A stretch of 64,000 nucleotides of DNA from Thermodesulfobacteriota bacterium (GTDB lineage: Bacteria > Desulfobacterota_D > UBA1144 > Nemesobacterales > JAJCZQ01), in NCBI GenBank assembly GCA_965203965.1, contig CBDBDR010000017.1:64001-128000 (forward strand), read 5' to 3'. Positions 37,572-46,705 of this stretch are shown in pieces (positions within the stretch are counted from its first letter, which is position 1; each line of letters starts with the position of its first letter). Below the pieces are notes generated by a model, which was given only the letters and a program-made list of their open reading frames with translations, ran no database searches and was not told the origin of the DNA. The position numbers and the translations under genes were made by a program.

Positions 37572-39368
37572 TTGGTGAACAAAATAGAACAGTGTATGAA
37601 TAAGTATTACAGAATGGTTTTACGTCTCTCGGTCATTCTCGTTATTTCATGTGCCGTGGGTGATGATTCTCCTCCTGCTCAAATAGATGATTTCAGTACT
37701 TCTTCAAACAATAAGTTGTTTGGATGGACTGCACCTGGAGATGATGGTAATTCAGGAAAAGCCACTTTATACCTTCTCAGGTTTTTTGACGAAAATCAGG
37801 TGAAAGAGCTACTGGATGTTTCATCACTGGAAAGTTTAGATGATAATCGGGCACAGCAAGCTATTCTTCAAAATAACTTCCATAGGGCAACTCAGGTGCC
37901 CAGATTTTTTGCTCCTAGAGACGCAGGGTCTTCTGAAACAGCATCAGTGCCAAGACTTGATATTTTAGGACAGAAAAGATATTTCTACTCTATTGTGGCA
38001 AATGACGAGACTGGAAATAGCTCCAAGCCGTCAAATTTTTTGGAGCTAACGTCGGGTCTTTCAAGTGTTGATTTTGTGGGTGATCAGAATAGCTGTTTGG
38101 GTGCTTCGGCATCCTTTGGTGAATTTATGCAAGGAGATCAAGGCGATACGAGTAGGGATATTATTGTAGGCGATCCCTGTTCAGCAAGAGTTTATATATT
38201 TGCAGGCAGAGAGGATATTACAAGAAATACTGGGAATGTAGATATGGCTAACCCTGATGTTACTATCGTCGGGATACCGGGAACCAGGTTTGGTGCTTCT
38301 GTAGAAGGTGTTGGTAATATCAGCTCCAATTCGTTTGATGAATTTGCGATAGGTGCCCCTAATGCTGATAATGCTAAAGGACAGGTATTTGTGTTTGAAG
38401 GTGGACAAAGTCTGCCTGAGGTGATTGACTTGAACTCCGATGGTATGGCGAGATTTATCATAATTGGTGAGGCAAGCGGAGATAAATTTGGTTCTGAAAT
38501 TGCGAGGCATGGACTTAACAACTTGCTTGTAAGTGCTCCAATGGCTTTACAAGAAAAAGGCAAAGTTTACAGCTTTAACAGTAATGAACTGCAAGATTCG
38601 ACCAATGCTGCTGACGCTGCTGAAATTATAATAGGACGGTCAGGAGATCAACTGGGATACTCCATAGCTGACAGTAGGATGATTGGGATAGGAGACCGGG
38701 TATTTGTAGTAGGTGCACCGGGTGGGGGACGGGCATACGTATTTTTCAATACAGGAGATTTTGATCTCTCAAATCTTGCACCGGAAAACGAAGGAGATAT
38801 TTTAGTTATACAAGGCAATGCCGAGGATAGATTTGGGGAAACAGTCGATGGAGGCTACGATATTGATGGTGTTGAAGGCAATACTGATGTTGTTATATCG
38901 GCTCCCTCTGCAGATAACAATAAAGGTTCTGTGTTTGTATATTCGGATGAGGTTTTAAGTGGTGCAACTGATGGATTATTACTGAGTACGATGGATGCGA
39001 GTTTAAGAATAGATGGGCTTGTAGAAGGGGATAAACTGGGTGTAGGATTAGCTGTTTTACCTGATATAAACCCAGAAATAATAGTTGAGCAGAGAGATGT
39101 TGCTAACGTGCTTGCACAAGTCCGAGGGAATGCAGATATTGCGATCGGTGCACCCGGTGCTGAAAGTGGAAAGGGAAAAATCTACATCTTTTTTGGTGAG
39201 AATGATTTGTCAGGTCAACTTAGTGCGAGTAGTGCTGATATAACGATACCACCCTCTCAGGGAATTGATTCATTTGGCTTAAAACTGAATACTGTATTGG
39301 ACGTCAACGGAGATGGATTTTTTGATTTTACTGTTGGAAGCAGTAATTCACTGACCTTGAATTATTGA
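37572..39368 (+). CDS. FG-GAP / integrin-alpha beta-propeller repeat surface lipoprotein with N-terminal fibronectin-like domain
   Basis: Lipobox-like LVISC, WTAPGDDG, repeated FG...(I/V)GAP...G(K/Q)V(Y/F)VF, DVNGDGFFD. Confidence 0.82.
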   Translation: MVNKIEQCMNKYYRMVLRLSVILVISCAVGDDSPPAQIDDFSTSSNNKLFGWTAPGDDGNSGKATLYLLRFFDENQVKELLDVSSLESLDDNRAQQAILQNNFHRATQVPRFFAPRDAGSSETASVPRLDILGQKRYFYSIVANDETGNSSKPSNFLELTSGLSSVDFVGDQNSCLGASASFGEFMQGDQGDTSRDIIVGDPCSARVYIFAGREDITRNTGNVDMANPDVTIVGIPGTRFGASVEGVGNISSNSFDEFAIGAPNADNAKGQVFVFEGGQSLPEVIDLNSDGMARFIIIGEASGDKFGSEIARHGLNNLLVSAPMALQEKGKVYSFNSNELQDSTNAADAAEIIIGRSGDQLGYSIADSRMIGIGDRVFVVGAPGGGRAYVFFNTGDFDLSNLAPENEGDILVIQGNAEDRFGETVDGGYDIDGVEGNTDVVISAPSADNNKGSVFVYSDEVLSGATDGLLLSTMDASLRIDGLVEGDKLGVGLAVLPDINPEIIVEQRDVANVLAQVRGNADIAIGAPGAESGKGKIYIFFGENDLSGQLSASSADITIPPSQGIDSFGLKLNTVLDVNGDGFFDFTVGSSNSLTLNY

Positions 39369-40045
39369 TCGCTCTTTTCCGTTAAAAAACCGTCTTTAAT
39401 AACCAATTTCTTTTTAGCAAAAGAAGCTATATCTCTCTCATGGGTTATCATAACTATTGTTCTTCCCTGCTCATTCAGTTTCTCAAAAATACTCATGATC
39501 TCATAGCTGGTTTTAGTGTCTAAGTTGCCGGTTGGCTCATCGGCAAGGATCAACCCCGGGTCGTTGACAACTGCTCTGGCAATTGCCACTCTTTGCTGCT
39601 GTCCTCCTGACAACTGGCTTGGAACATGATGTTGCCGGTCCTGCAAACTGACCAATTCCAAAGCTCTTGCTGCAAGTTCTTTTCTCTCTTTGAAATTTTT
39701 TCCGCTGTAAATAAGCGGCATCTCCACGTTCTCAATTGAGGTAGTTTTTCCGAGCAAGTTAAAATTTTGAAATACAAAGCCTATTTCTTTGTTCCTAATG
39801 AATGACAGGTCATCTTTTTTCAATCTGGAGATATTGCTACCCTTAAAAAGGTAGCTTCCAGAAGTTGGTGGGTCTAAACATCCGAGTATGTTCATAAGTG
39901 TGCTTTTTCCTGAGCCGGAAGATCCCATTATGGAGACAAAGTCACCGATGTTTATTTTGATATTGATGTTTTTTAATGCCTCAATTTTGACCTTTCCAAG
40001 CAAATATATCTTGGCAAGATTTTCAGTACGAATCAACTCGGTCAT
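39362..40045 (-). CDS. MacB/LolD-type ABC ATP-binding protein (stand-alone)
   Basis: [40 protein letters not shown]. Confidence 0.92.
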   Translation of the reverse strand: MTELIRTENLAKIYLLGKVKIEALKNINIKINIGDFVSIMGSSGSGKSTLMNILGCLDPPTSGSYLFKGSNISRLKKDDLSFIRNKEIGFVFQNFNLLGKTTSIENVEMPLIYSGKNFKERKELAARALELVSLQDRQHHVPSQLSGGQQQRVAIARAVVNDPGLILADEPTGNLDTKTSYEIMSIFEKLNEQGRTIVMITHERDIASFAKKKLVIKDGFLTEKSDQ

Positions 40046-41182
40046 TTAAAATCTTTTTGGCTGCGGAAGGGTTAAAACTGATTTAGGAGTTTCATTGTAG
40101 TGACTGCCAATGGCGATCTCCTGTCCTTCCATAAGGGAAATATTTAGAATTTCACTGAATTCTTCGTTACTTATGCCTACTTCAACCGGTATTTCTACAA
40201 ATTTACCGTTTACCCCTTTTGCCCATACTGATAATTTACCGTCAGCATCATCTTTTATAACCCTGGGCTTGCTGGGAATGAATCTCAATGCGGAAGTGGG
40301 AACCCTGAGAGTGTCACTTTTTTCCGAAATAATGACCCTCACCTCTGCTGTCATGCCGGGCTTCAATTTCAATTCCGAATTATCCATTTCCGCTGTGACG
40401 TCATAAGTCACAATATCTTTATCTTTATTTGGAGAATTACTCATCTTTATAATTTCAGCATTGAACGTTTCGTCATGAGCACTTACCTTGAATTTGACTG
40501 GTAGCCCTTTGATGGTCTTTCCAATATCGGCTTCACTTACACGAATTACCAGATCTATCTTTTTAAGGTCGCTTGCTATGGTGAGCATTGGCTTGTCGTC
40601 TGCAAGTGATTTGACTATCTGTCCGGCATTGACGTTCCTGATCATTATAGTGCCGTCAATTGGTGAAATAATCTTTGTTCGTTCCAGATTCTGGCTTGCT
40701 GACTCCATGTTTGCGTATGCTTCCTGAAAAAGGGCAAGTGCGTTTTTATAACGCGTTTGTGAGCTTTCGTATTGCTGCTTTGAAATTAAATCTTTCTCGT
40801 AAAGGATCTTATCAGAATTGAAAATGCTTTTATTCAGTTTAAGTTCGGCATCTGATTTGTTGTATTTTGCCTGTGCTTCTTTGAGGCGGTTCTCAAACTG
40901 ATTGGGTTCTATTACGGCAAGGAGGTCGCCTTTTTTAACACTGTCATTTATATCACAAAAGACGCTTTTTATAACTCCGTTGAGTTCGGAATAGATCTCT
41001 ACTTCCCTCTTGGGTTTTAGCGTGCCGTTAGCGGTTACGAAGGAGATAATGTCGCCACGGTCAACCAAAGCGGTTACAAAACTGATCTCGGGTACGGGTT
41101 TGAATTTACGTTCGAAAAACAAGTAACTGCCGATAGATAAGAGTAGCAGGACAGCTATTAATAGTGGTTTTCTTTTCAGCAT
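40046..41182 (-). CDS. MacA-like efflux periplasmic adaptor subunit
   Basis: N-terminal TM anchor, VKKGDLLA, ISPIDG, VSEADIG, LKPGMTA. Confidence 0.9.
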   Translation of the reverse strand: MLKRKPLLIAVLLLLSIGSYLFFERKFKPVPEISFVTALVDRGDIISFVTANGTLKPKREVEIYSELNGVIKSVFCDINDSVKKGDLLAVIEPNQFENRLKEAQAKYNKSDAELKLNKSIFNSDKILYEKDLISKQQYESSQTRYKNALALFQEAYANMESASQNLERTKIISPIDGTIMIRNVNAGQIVKSLADDKPMLTIASDLKKIDLVIRVSEADIGKTIKGLPVKFKVSAHDETFNAEIIKMSNSPNKDKDIVTYDVTAEMDNSELKLKPGMTAEVRVIISEKSDTLRVPTSALRFIPSKPRVIKDDADGKLSVWAKGVNGKFVEIPVEVGISNEEFSEILNISLMEGQEIAIGSHYNETPKSVLTLPQPKRF

Positions 41183-42415
41183 TTAGTGTTCTCCAATAAG
41201 TGAGCTGAACTTCGCTTTAGTGATTTTGTGATCGTATATAGCCTCTATATAATCTGAACGTGACTGGGAGTAAAGAAATTCGGCTTCCGCAAGGTCTATT
41301 CCAGAAGCTCTGCCAAGTCTGGATTTTTCCCTGACGAGGTTAAGATTGTCAAGGGCGATGTTATTGTTAATACGGGTCAGGTCTATTTTTTCCCTACCGA
41401 ACTTCAAATCCATGAAGAGTTTTTTTATCTCTGATTCTATTTTTTTCTTTGCTTTTTCTATTTGTATCAAGGCTCTTGTGGTTTCTGCCTTGCTTATATT
41501 GAGTCTGGCAAGTCTTGCAAAACCTGTGAAGATAGGGAACCGCAGGCCAAGTCCTGCAACTAATGAAGGTTCATCATCTCCTCCTTTTCCTTCGAATCTG
41601 AAAGCAGCTCTGCCGAATATCTGTGGGTAGAATTTACCCTTTGAGGCTTTGGTTTCATTTAATTTAGCTGAATGCTCGGCATTCAACCTCTTTAGTTCCA
41701 AACTGTTTTGTATTGCTTTTTTTAATGAGGAGTTAAGGTCATAGTTGCTAAATTCAAAGTGTTCTTGCTCTGCAAGTTCAATATCTGTGTCAAAATCCGC
41801 TCCTATGCTATTTAGCAGGTTCATTTTGCTCACTTCGTATTGGTTTTGTTTGCTTAGCAGGTTCAGTCTTGCGTTTCCTGCATCAGATATTGCCCTCGTT
41901 AGGTCAAGATCTGACACCCTGCGGAGTTTGTTCTGGACACGTATTTTTTCAAGTGTTGTATTGTTTTTCTCCAGATTTTTTTCAGCGGCTTCCAGTCGGC
42001 TTTTGTTAATTAGTGCCTTGTAGTATAGGATCGTGGTGTTCCGAATAGTATCGTTTAGAACACGACTGTTTAAGTATTCAGCTGCCTTCAGTTCGGATCT
42101 GGCGGTTTTTACATAATTTGAAGTTCTGTTAAAATCCCAGACCAATTGTTCAACCGATATTCCGGATTCACGTTCAAGAAAAGGCAAGACCAATTTGGAC
42201 TCAATTTGTGGGTAAAAATGGGACTTTGCCTTCCTGACCCTGTTTTTGGAAAGATCAACTTCAATCCCTGATAGCTTTAGGGAGAGGTTGTTCTCAGTGG
42301 CTATCTTTATCGCTTCCTCCAGAGAAAGGGTCTTTACCGTTTTTCCCTGGGCTTCCAAGCCGGTGGCAAGCATTATCCCCAGAAGTATTAAGATTAAAAA
42401 AGTTGATCTGTTCAA
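41183..42415 (-). CDS. TolC family outer-membrane efflux protein
   Basis: Signal peptide, LSLEEAIKIA..NN, two FYPQI repeats, LRFPIFTG. Confidence 0.88.
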   Translation of the reverse strand: MNRSTFLILILLGIMLATGLEAQGKTVKTLSLEEAIKIATENNLSLKLSGIEVDLSKNRVRKAKSHFYPQIESKLVLPFLERESGISVEQLVWDFNRTSNYVKTARSELKAAEYLNSRVLNDTIRNTTILYYKALINKSRLEAAEKNLEKNNTTLEKIRVQNKLRRVSDLDLTRAISDAGNARLNLLSKQNQYEVSKMNLLNSIGADFDTDIELAEQEHFEFSNYDLNSSLKKAIQNSLELKRLNAEHSAKLNETKASKGKFYPQIFGRAAFRFEGKGGDDEPSLVAGLGLRFPIFTGFARLARLNISKAETTRALIQIEKAKKKIESEIKKLFMDLKFGREKIDLTRINNNIALDNLNLVREKSRLGRASGIDLAEAEFLYSQSRSDYIEAIYDHKITKAKFSSLIGEH

Positions 42416-42416
42416 T

Positions 42417-43238
42417 TTATACTATATCCGTTACTTTGATCTCGTCGATCTCATTTCCTAAAAATTCGCTACAAATCGTTAGAAAGGCTTCGGAGTTATC
42501 CGTCAGGTAAAAATCTCTTGTTGGTCTTTTTTGTGGATTGGAAAGGATTTGCCCTGATCTTATAAGTCGTAGCAGTTCATTTGCCGTTTCTTCAGCAGAG
42601 TCTATAAGTGTAATGCTTTCGCCAACAACTTGTTTTATAGTCTCTTTCAGTAAAGGATAGTGGGTGCATCCAAGCACCAGAACGTCAACCCCCACTTTAA
42701 CTATTTCATCCAGATACTTTCGGGCTATCTTTAAAGAAATGTCATTGTTGTGCCATCCTTCTTCCGCAAGAGGAACGAACAGTGGGCATGGCTTTTGAAA
42801 CACCTTCAAATTGCTGTTCTGTTCATGCAAAGCTCTGGTATATGCCTCACTCTTAATTGTTGAATGTGTTCCTATCACACCGATCTTGCCGTTTGATGTA
42901 ACCTGTGCGGCTTTTATGGCTCCAGGCTCTATAACCCCTATTATCGGTATGGGCAGAGAGCTTTTCAAACTGTCCAGCGAATATGCCGAAGCTGTGTTAC
43001 AGGCTATGATCAATGTCTTTATGCCTTTGGTCATAAGAAAATTTGCATTGCTCTCAGCATATTTCATCACGGTCCTTCTTGATTTAGAACCGTATGGAAC
43101 CCTTGCTGTATCACCAAGATATATAAGACTTTCATTCGGCAGCAACCGGAAAACTTCTTTGACTACCGTTAATCCACCCACACCTGAATCAAATATCCCA
43201 ATGGATCTATTGTTAGCTGAAATTGAAGGCATGATCAT
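42417..43238 (-). CDS. murI: Glutamate racemase
   Basis: FDSGVGGLTV, IACNTAS, LGCTHYP. Confidence 0.97.
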   Translation of the reverse strand: MIMPSISANNRSIGIFDSGVGGLTVVKEVFRLLPNESLIYLGDTARVPYGSKSRRTVMKYAESNANFLMTKGIKTLIIACNTASAYSLDSLKSSLPIPIIGVIEPGAIKAAQVTSNGKIGVIGTHSTIKSEAYTRALHEQNSNLKVFQKPCPLFVPLAEEGWHNNDISLKIARKYLDEIVKVGVDVLVLGCTHYPLLKETIKQVVGESITLIDSAEETANELLRLIRSGQILSNPQKRPTRDFYLTDNSEAFLTICSEFLGNEIDEIKVTDIV

Positions 43239-45658
43239 TTGCTCTCATTAAAGCTCCCAAACTGCTTGTGTTTTATGGCAAATTCCTCCAGCCTGTTGTC
43301 CACAAGCTCGTTGAATGTTCCCTTTTTAAACTTGCTTTTTGCTCCCCTTTTTCCAGACACCATACAGGTGAGTATCTCAATACCGTCGTCAATAGTCTTA
43401 ATTGGATAAATATGGAAATTTTTGTTTTTGATGGTTTCCACTATCTCTTTTTTGAGCATTAGATTTCTGATGTTATGATGGGGAATGATCACGCCTTGAT
43501 TTCCCGTTAATCCACCAGCTTTACATATATCAAAAAACCCTTCAATTTTTTCATTAATGCCTCCCACTGGCTGTATCTGTCCTTTCTGGTTTACTGACCC
43601 CGTAATCGCCAAATCTTGCTTTACTGGAATTTTAGCAAGGCTGGAAAGCAGTGCGATAAGTTCTGCCGCGGAAGCACTGTCGCCATCTATCATTTCATAG
43701 CTCTGTTCAAATCCAATGCTTGCGGATAAACTCAATGGTTTATCCTGGGCGAATTTTCTGCCGAGGTATCCGCTGAGTATCATCACACCTTTGTCGTGAA
43801 TACTGCCGCTGAGCTTTACACGCCTTTCTATATTTACCACGCCTTCATTACCGATAAACGTTTCGCAAGTGATCCTTGAGGGTTTGCCAAACCGGATATC
43901 TCCCATGTTATATATGGACAGTCCATTTACCTGCCCGACAACTTCTCCAGATGTTTTGATCATTAATGTTCCATTTGAGATCATTTCTTGTATTTTTTCC
44001 TGTATCATGTTGGAGCGGTATACTTTTTCATTAAAAGCTTTCTCAATGTGCTCCGCCTTGATGAACTTGCTTTTTACCGTGGAAGCCCAGTAGTCGGCTT
44101 CAATCAGCAACTTGGAGATCTTTCCAAAATGGACTGAAAATTTATGTTGGTTTTCAGCAATCCTTGAAGAGTATTCCATTAGTCTTTCCACGCCGGGTTT
44201 TTCAACGTCCCTGATCTCATTATTTCTGCATATAAATTTAATAGCACAGGCATATTGCCTGATTTTGTTATTGCTGTTGATGACCGTGTCAAAGTCCGCT
44301 TTGATCTTAAAGAGCTTTTTAAAGTCGGGATCAATGTTATACAACAAGTGATATATATAACCCGGACCGATCATTATTACTTTCACGTCAATGTCAACCG
44401 GAGCAGGTTTAAGTCCAACTCCCGATGTATATCCATATTGCTGAAAAATATCTTCCACTCTGTGTTGACCATTTTCCAGGACTTTTTTAAGTGTGTCCCA
44501 TACAAGAGGGAACTTAAATATATCCAAAACATTTACAACCAGATAGCCACCGTTAGCTGCACATATTGATCCTCCACTTATAAGGGTAAAGTTTGTTACC
44601 ATTGCACCCATTACCAATTCTCTCTCAATCGAGCCAAAAAGATTTACATAGTGGGGCTGGGTTTCATAGACTATCGGTGCCCCATTGGTGTTTGAATTAT
44701 CAATAAATACGTTGACTTTATACTCGGTTAAAGGATGCCGAATGTAGTTTTGTTGGGTGTTTCCCTGTGGAGTGAAGGGAGATACAGGCATCATAGATCT
44801 TTCCTGTCTTGGAAGGAACTTATCTATATTTGTGGCTATATCGTTTTGAACGTCCTGAAGGTGATCTAAAATAACTTGTTGCTTTTTATACTTAATCATT
44901 AAGTTTTCAATATGCTCCTTTACCGTAAATCTGGCAACTTCATTTTCAAGTTCCTTCATGGTGTGAATAAACTCTTTGTCTATTTTTCTTACCTGCTGAA
45001 GTGTTTCGGCAACTTTTGAGTCAACTATCTTTTTATTTTCATTGAGACGATCTCTTGTCTCTTTGTCCATCTGTTCAAGCTGTTGATGTTTTACGGGGTT
45101 GCCGTTCATTAAAGGAACAGTGAAAGTCCCGGTCGGAGTAAACTGTATTTGGATTTTGTGATTTGCTGCAAATTCTCTCAGGCTTTTGAAAAGTTTTTCT
45201 TTCTGGGTGTTCAACTTGTCGGTCAGTTTGCTCTTCTCATTTTCGAATCCCTTACTTTCAAAGGCTTTTGGCAACTCAACTCTCAGTATATTGACAAGCT
45301 CTTCCATATCTCTTTTGAACTCTTTTCCCATTTTTGGCGGAAGAGAAACGATCTTTGGCTCCTTGTGTTTTTCAAAGTTATAAAGGTAGCACCAGTCATT
45401 GGGAATGGGTTCATTTATCACAATTTTCTTCAATACGGCTTCAATGAACGATTTTTTCCCCAGTCCCGGTTGCCCAGCTATGTAAAGGTTGTAGCCATGC
45501 TTCTTTATACCAAGTCCAAGTTTTATGGAAGTTGTTGCCCTTTGTTGTCCTATCATTTCATCTTTTGGGTCAAGTTCCTTGGTGGTTTTAAACCCATATC
45601 TGCTGAGGTTGTATTTCCTGTAAACCTCATTTTCTTTAAGTGTCCTGTGTTTTCTCAT
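43235..45658 (-). CDS. Lon-family protease of the LonC-like type (AAA-like domain with coiled-coil insert plus Ser-Lys protease domain)
   Basis: IGQQRA, degenerate Walker A GQPGLGKKS, ANGGYLV, DGDSAS, TGSVNQ, GGINEKIEGF. Confidence 0.88.
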   Translation of the reverse strand: MRKHRTLKENEVYRKYNLSRYGFKTTKELDPKDEMIGQQRATTSIKLGLGIKKHGYNLYIAGQPGLGKKSFIEAVLKKIVINEPIPNDWCYLYNFEKHKEPKIVSLPPKMGKEFKRDMEELVNILRVELPKAFESKGFENEKSKLTDKLNTQKEKLFKSLREFAANHKIQIQFTPTGTFTVPLMNGNPVKHQQLEQMDKETRDRLNENKKIVDSKVAETLQQVRKIDKEFIHTMKELENEVARFTVKEHIENLMIKYKKQQVILDHLQDVQNDIATNIDKFLPRQERSMMPVSPFTPQGNTQQNYIRHPLTEYKVNVFIDNSNTNGAPIVYETQPHYVNLFGSIERELVMGAMVTNFTLISGGSICAANGGYLVVNVLDIFKFPLVWDTLKKVLENGQHRVEDIFQQYGYTSGVGLKPAPVDIDVKVIMIGPGYIYHLLYNIDPDFKKLFKIKADFDTVINSNNKIRQYACAIKFICRNNEIRDVEKPGVERLMEYSSRIAENQHKFSVHFGKISKLLIEADYWASTVKSKFIKAEHIEKAFNEKVYRSNMIQEKIQEMISNGTLMIKTSGEVVGQVNGLSIYNMGDIRFGKPSRITCETFIGNEGVVNIERRVKLSGSIHDKGVMILSGYLGRKFAQDKPLSLSASIGFEQSYEMIDGDSASAAELIALLSSLAKIPVKQDLAITGSVNQKGQIQPVGGINEKIEGFFDICKAGGLTGNQGVIIPHHNIRNLMLKKEIVETIKNKNFHIYPIKTIDDGIEILTCMVSGKRGAKSKFKKGTFNELVDNRLEEFAIKHKQFGSFNESK

Positions 45659-45678
45659 TGGTATGGGTGAATTTTATT

Positions 45679-46695
45679 TTACTTTTCGGTACCAACCACG
45701 ACGTTCTTGTAGTTCTCAAGGTAGCCTTCGGCAAATAGCTTAATGTCTTTCAGTCTTTTTATGCGTATAGTTCTTCTATGTTCCGATTTCTTCCACTCTC
45801 TTATTTCATAAGGAGTTTCGGGCTTGAATTTGGGGACGGGAAGGGCATTACCTTTGTCGTCAATATGAACGAAAGTTAAAAATGCTGTGCACGTGTGGTT
45901 CATGTTCCCTGTTTCCAAATTTTCAGAATCAACCTTTATAGCGACTTCTATTGAAGTTGATCCAACGTAGGTAATTCCGACGTTCAAGATCACAACTTCT
46001 CCTATTCTGATCGGCGAGTAGAAAAATAGGTTATCCAAAGAACCGGTCACAGTAATTCCTTTTGCATATCTCATTGCTAATATGCTTGCACTTTCGTCAA
46101 TATATTTAAGTAGCTTACCAACGGACATATAGTTGCCATGGAAAGCATCTTCGGGCATTACGGATCTGGTAGTAAGCAAATTGGATCTGGTTCTCTCGGT
46201 TTCATCCAAAGCGTTTGCAACCTTCTCTCTTCTTTTCTCTATTTCGAGAAGTCTTCTTTCTTTCCTGTCTTTGGCGGTTTGGATCAGTATCTCTTCTTTT
46301 TTACTCTTGGGTATTATCTTTTTGTTTATGTTTTCCGGGGTTCCATTTTTTCCAACTGCTACAAAAGCTAAATTTGAAAGCGTAATTAGCTTTTTCTCTC
46401 CCGACTCGATGTTTTCCGAATAAACCCTTACCACAACTTCCATAGACGAGCTTCCAACGTATTCGATCCAACTGTCGAGCATTACAATGTCGCCTATTCG
46501 GATAGGGTTTATAAAATCTATACTGTCCGTTGCGCCAAGCAGAGTTGTAGATCTTGAAAATCTTGAAGAAGTTATCGTTCCCATTAGCATGATCCAATCC
46601 ATCAGGCGTCCCCCGTGAAGTGTCCCGAGGTTGTTGGCGTGCTCGGGATATACGAACTGTGTCATGCTGTTCTTGGTGTTTTTAATTCCTTGCAT
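45679..46695 (-). CDS. Double-hotdog acyl-CoA thioesterase
   Basis: PEHANNLGTLHGG in domain 1 and PEDAFHGNYMSVG in domain 2; VGS(S/T)S(M/I)EV in both. Confidence 0.88.
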   Translation of the reverse strand: MQGIKNTKNSMTQFVYPEHANNLGTLHGGRLMDWIMLMGTITSSRFSRSTTLLGATDSIDFINPIRIGDIVMLDSWIEYVGSSSMEVVVRVYSENIESGEKKLITLSNLAFVAVGKNGTPENINKKIIPKSKKEEILIQTAKDRKERRLLEIEKRREKVANALDETERTRSNLLTTRSVMPEDAFHGNYMSVGKLLKYIDESASILAMRYAKGITVTGSLDNLFFYSPIRIGEVVILNVGITYVGSTSIEVAIKVDSENLETGNMNHTCTAFLTFVHIDDKGNALPVPKFKPETPYEIREWKKSEHRRTIRIKRLKDIKLFAEGYLENYKNVVVGTEK

Positions 46696-46705
46696 ATCCT
46701 AGTAT

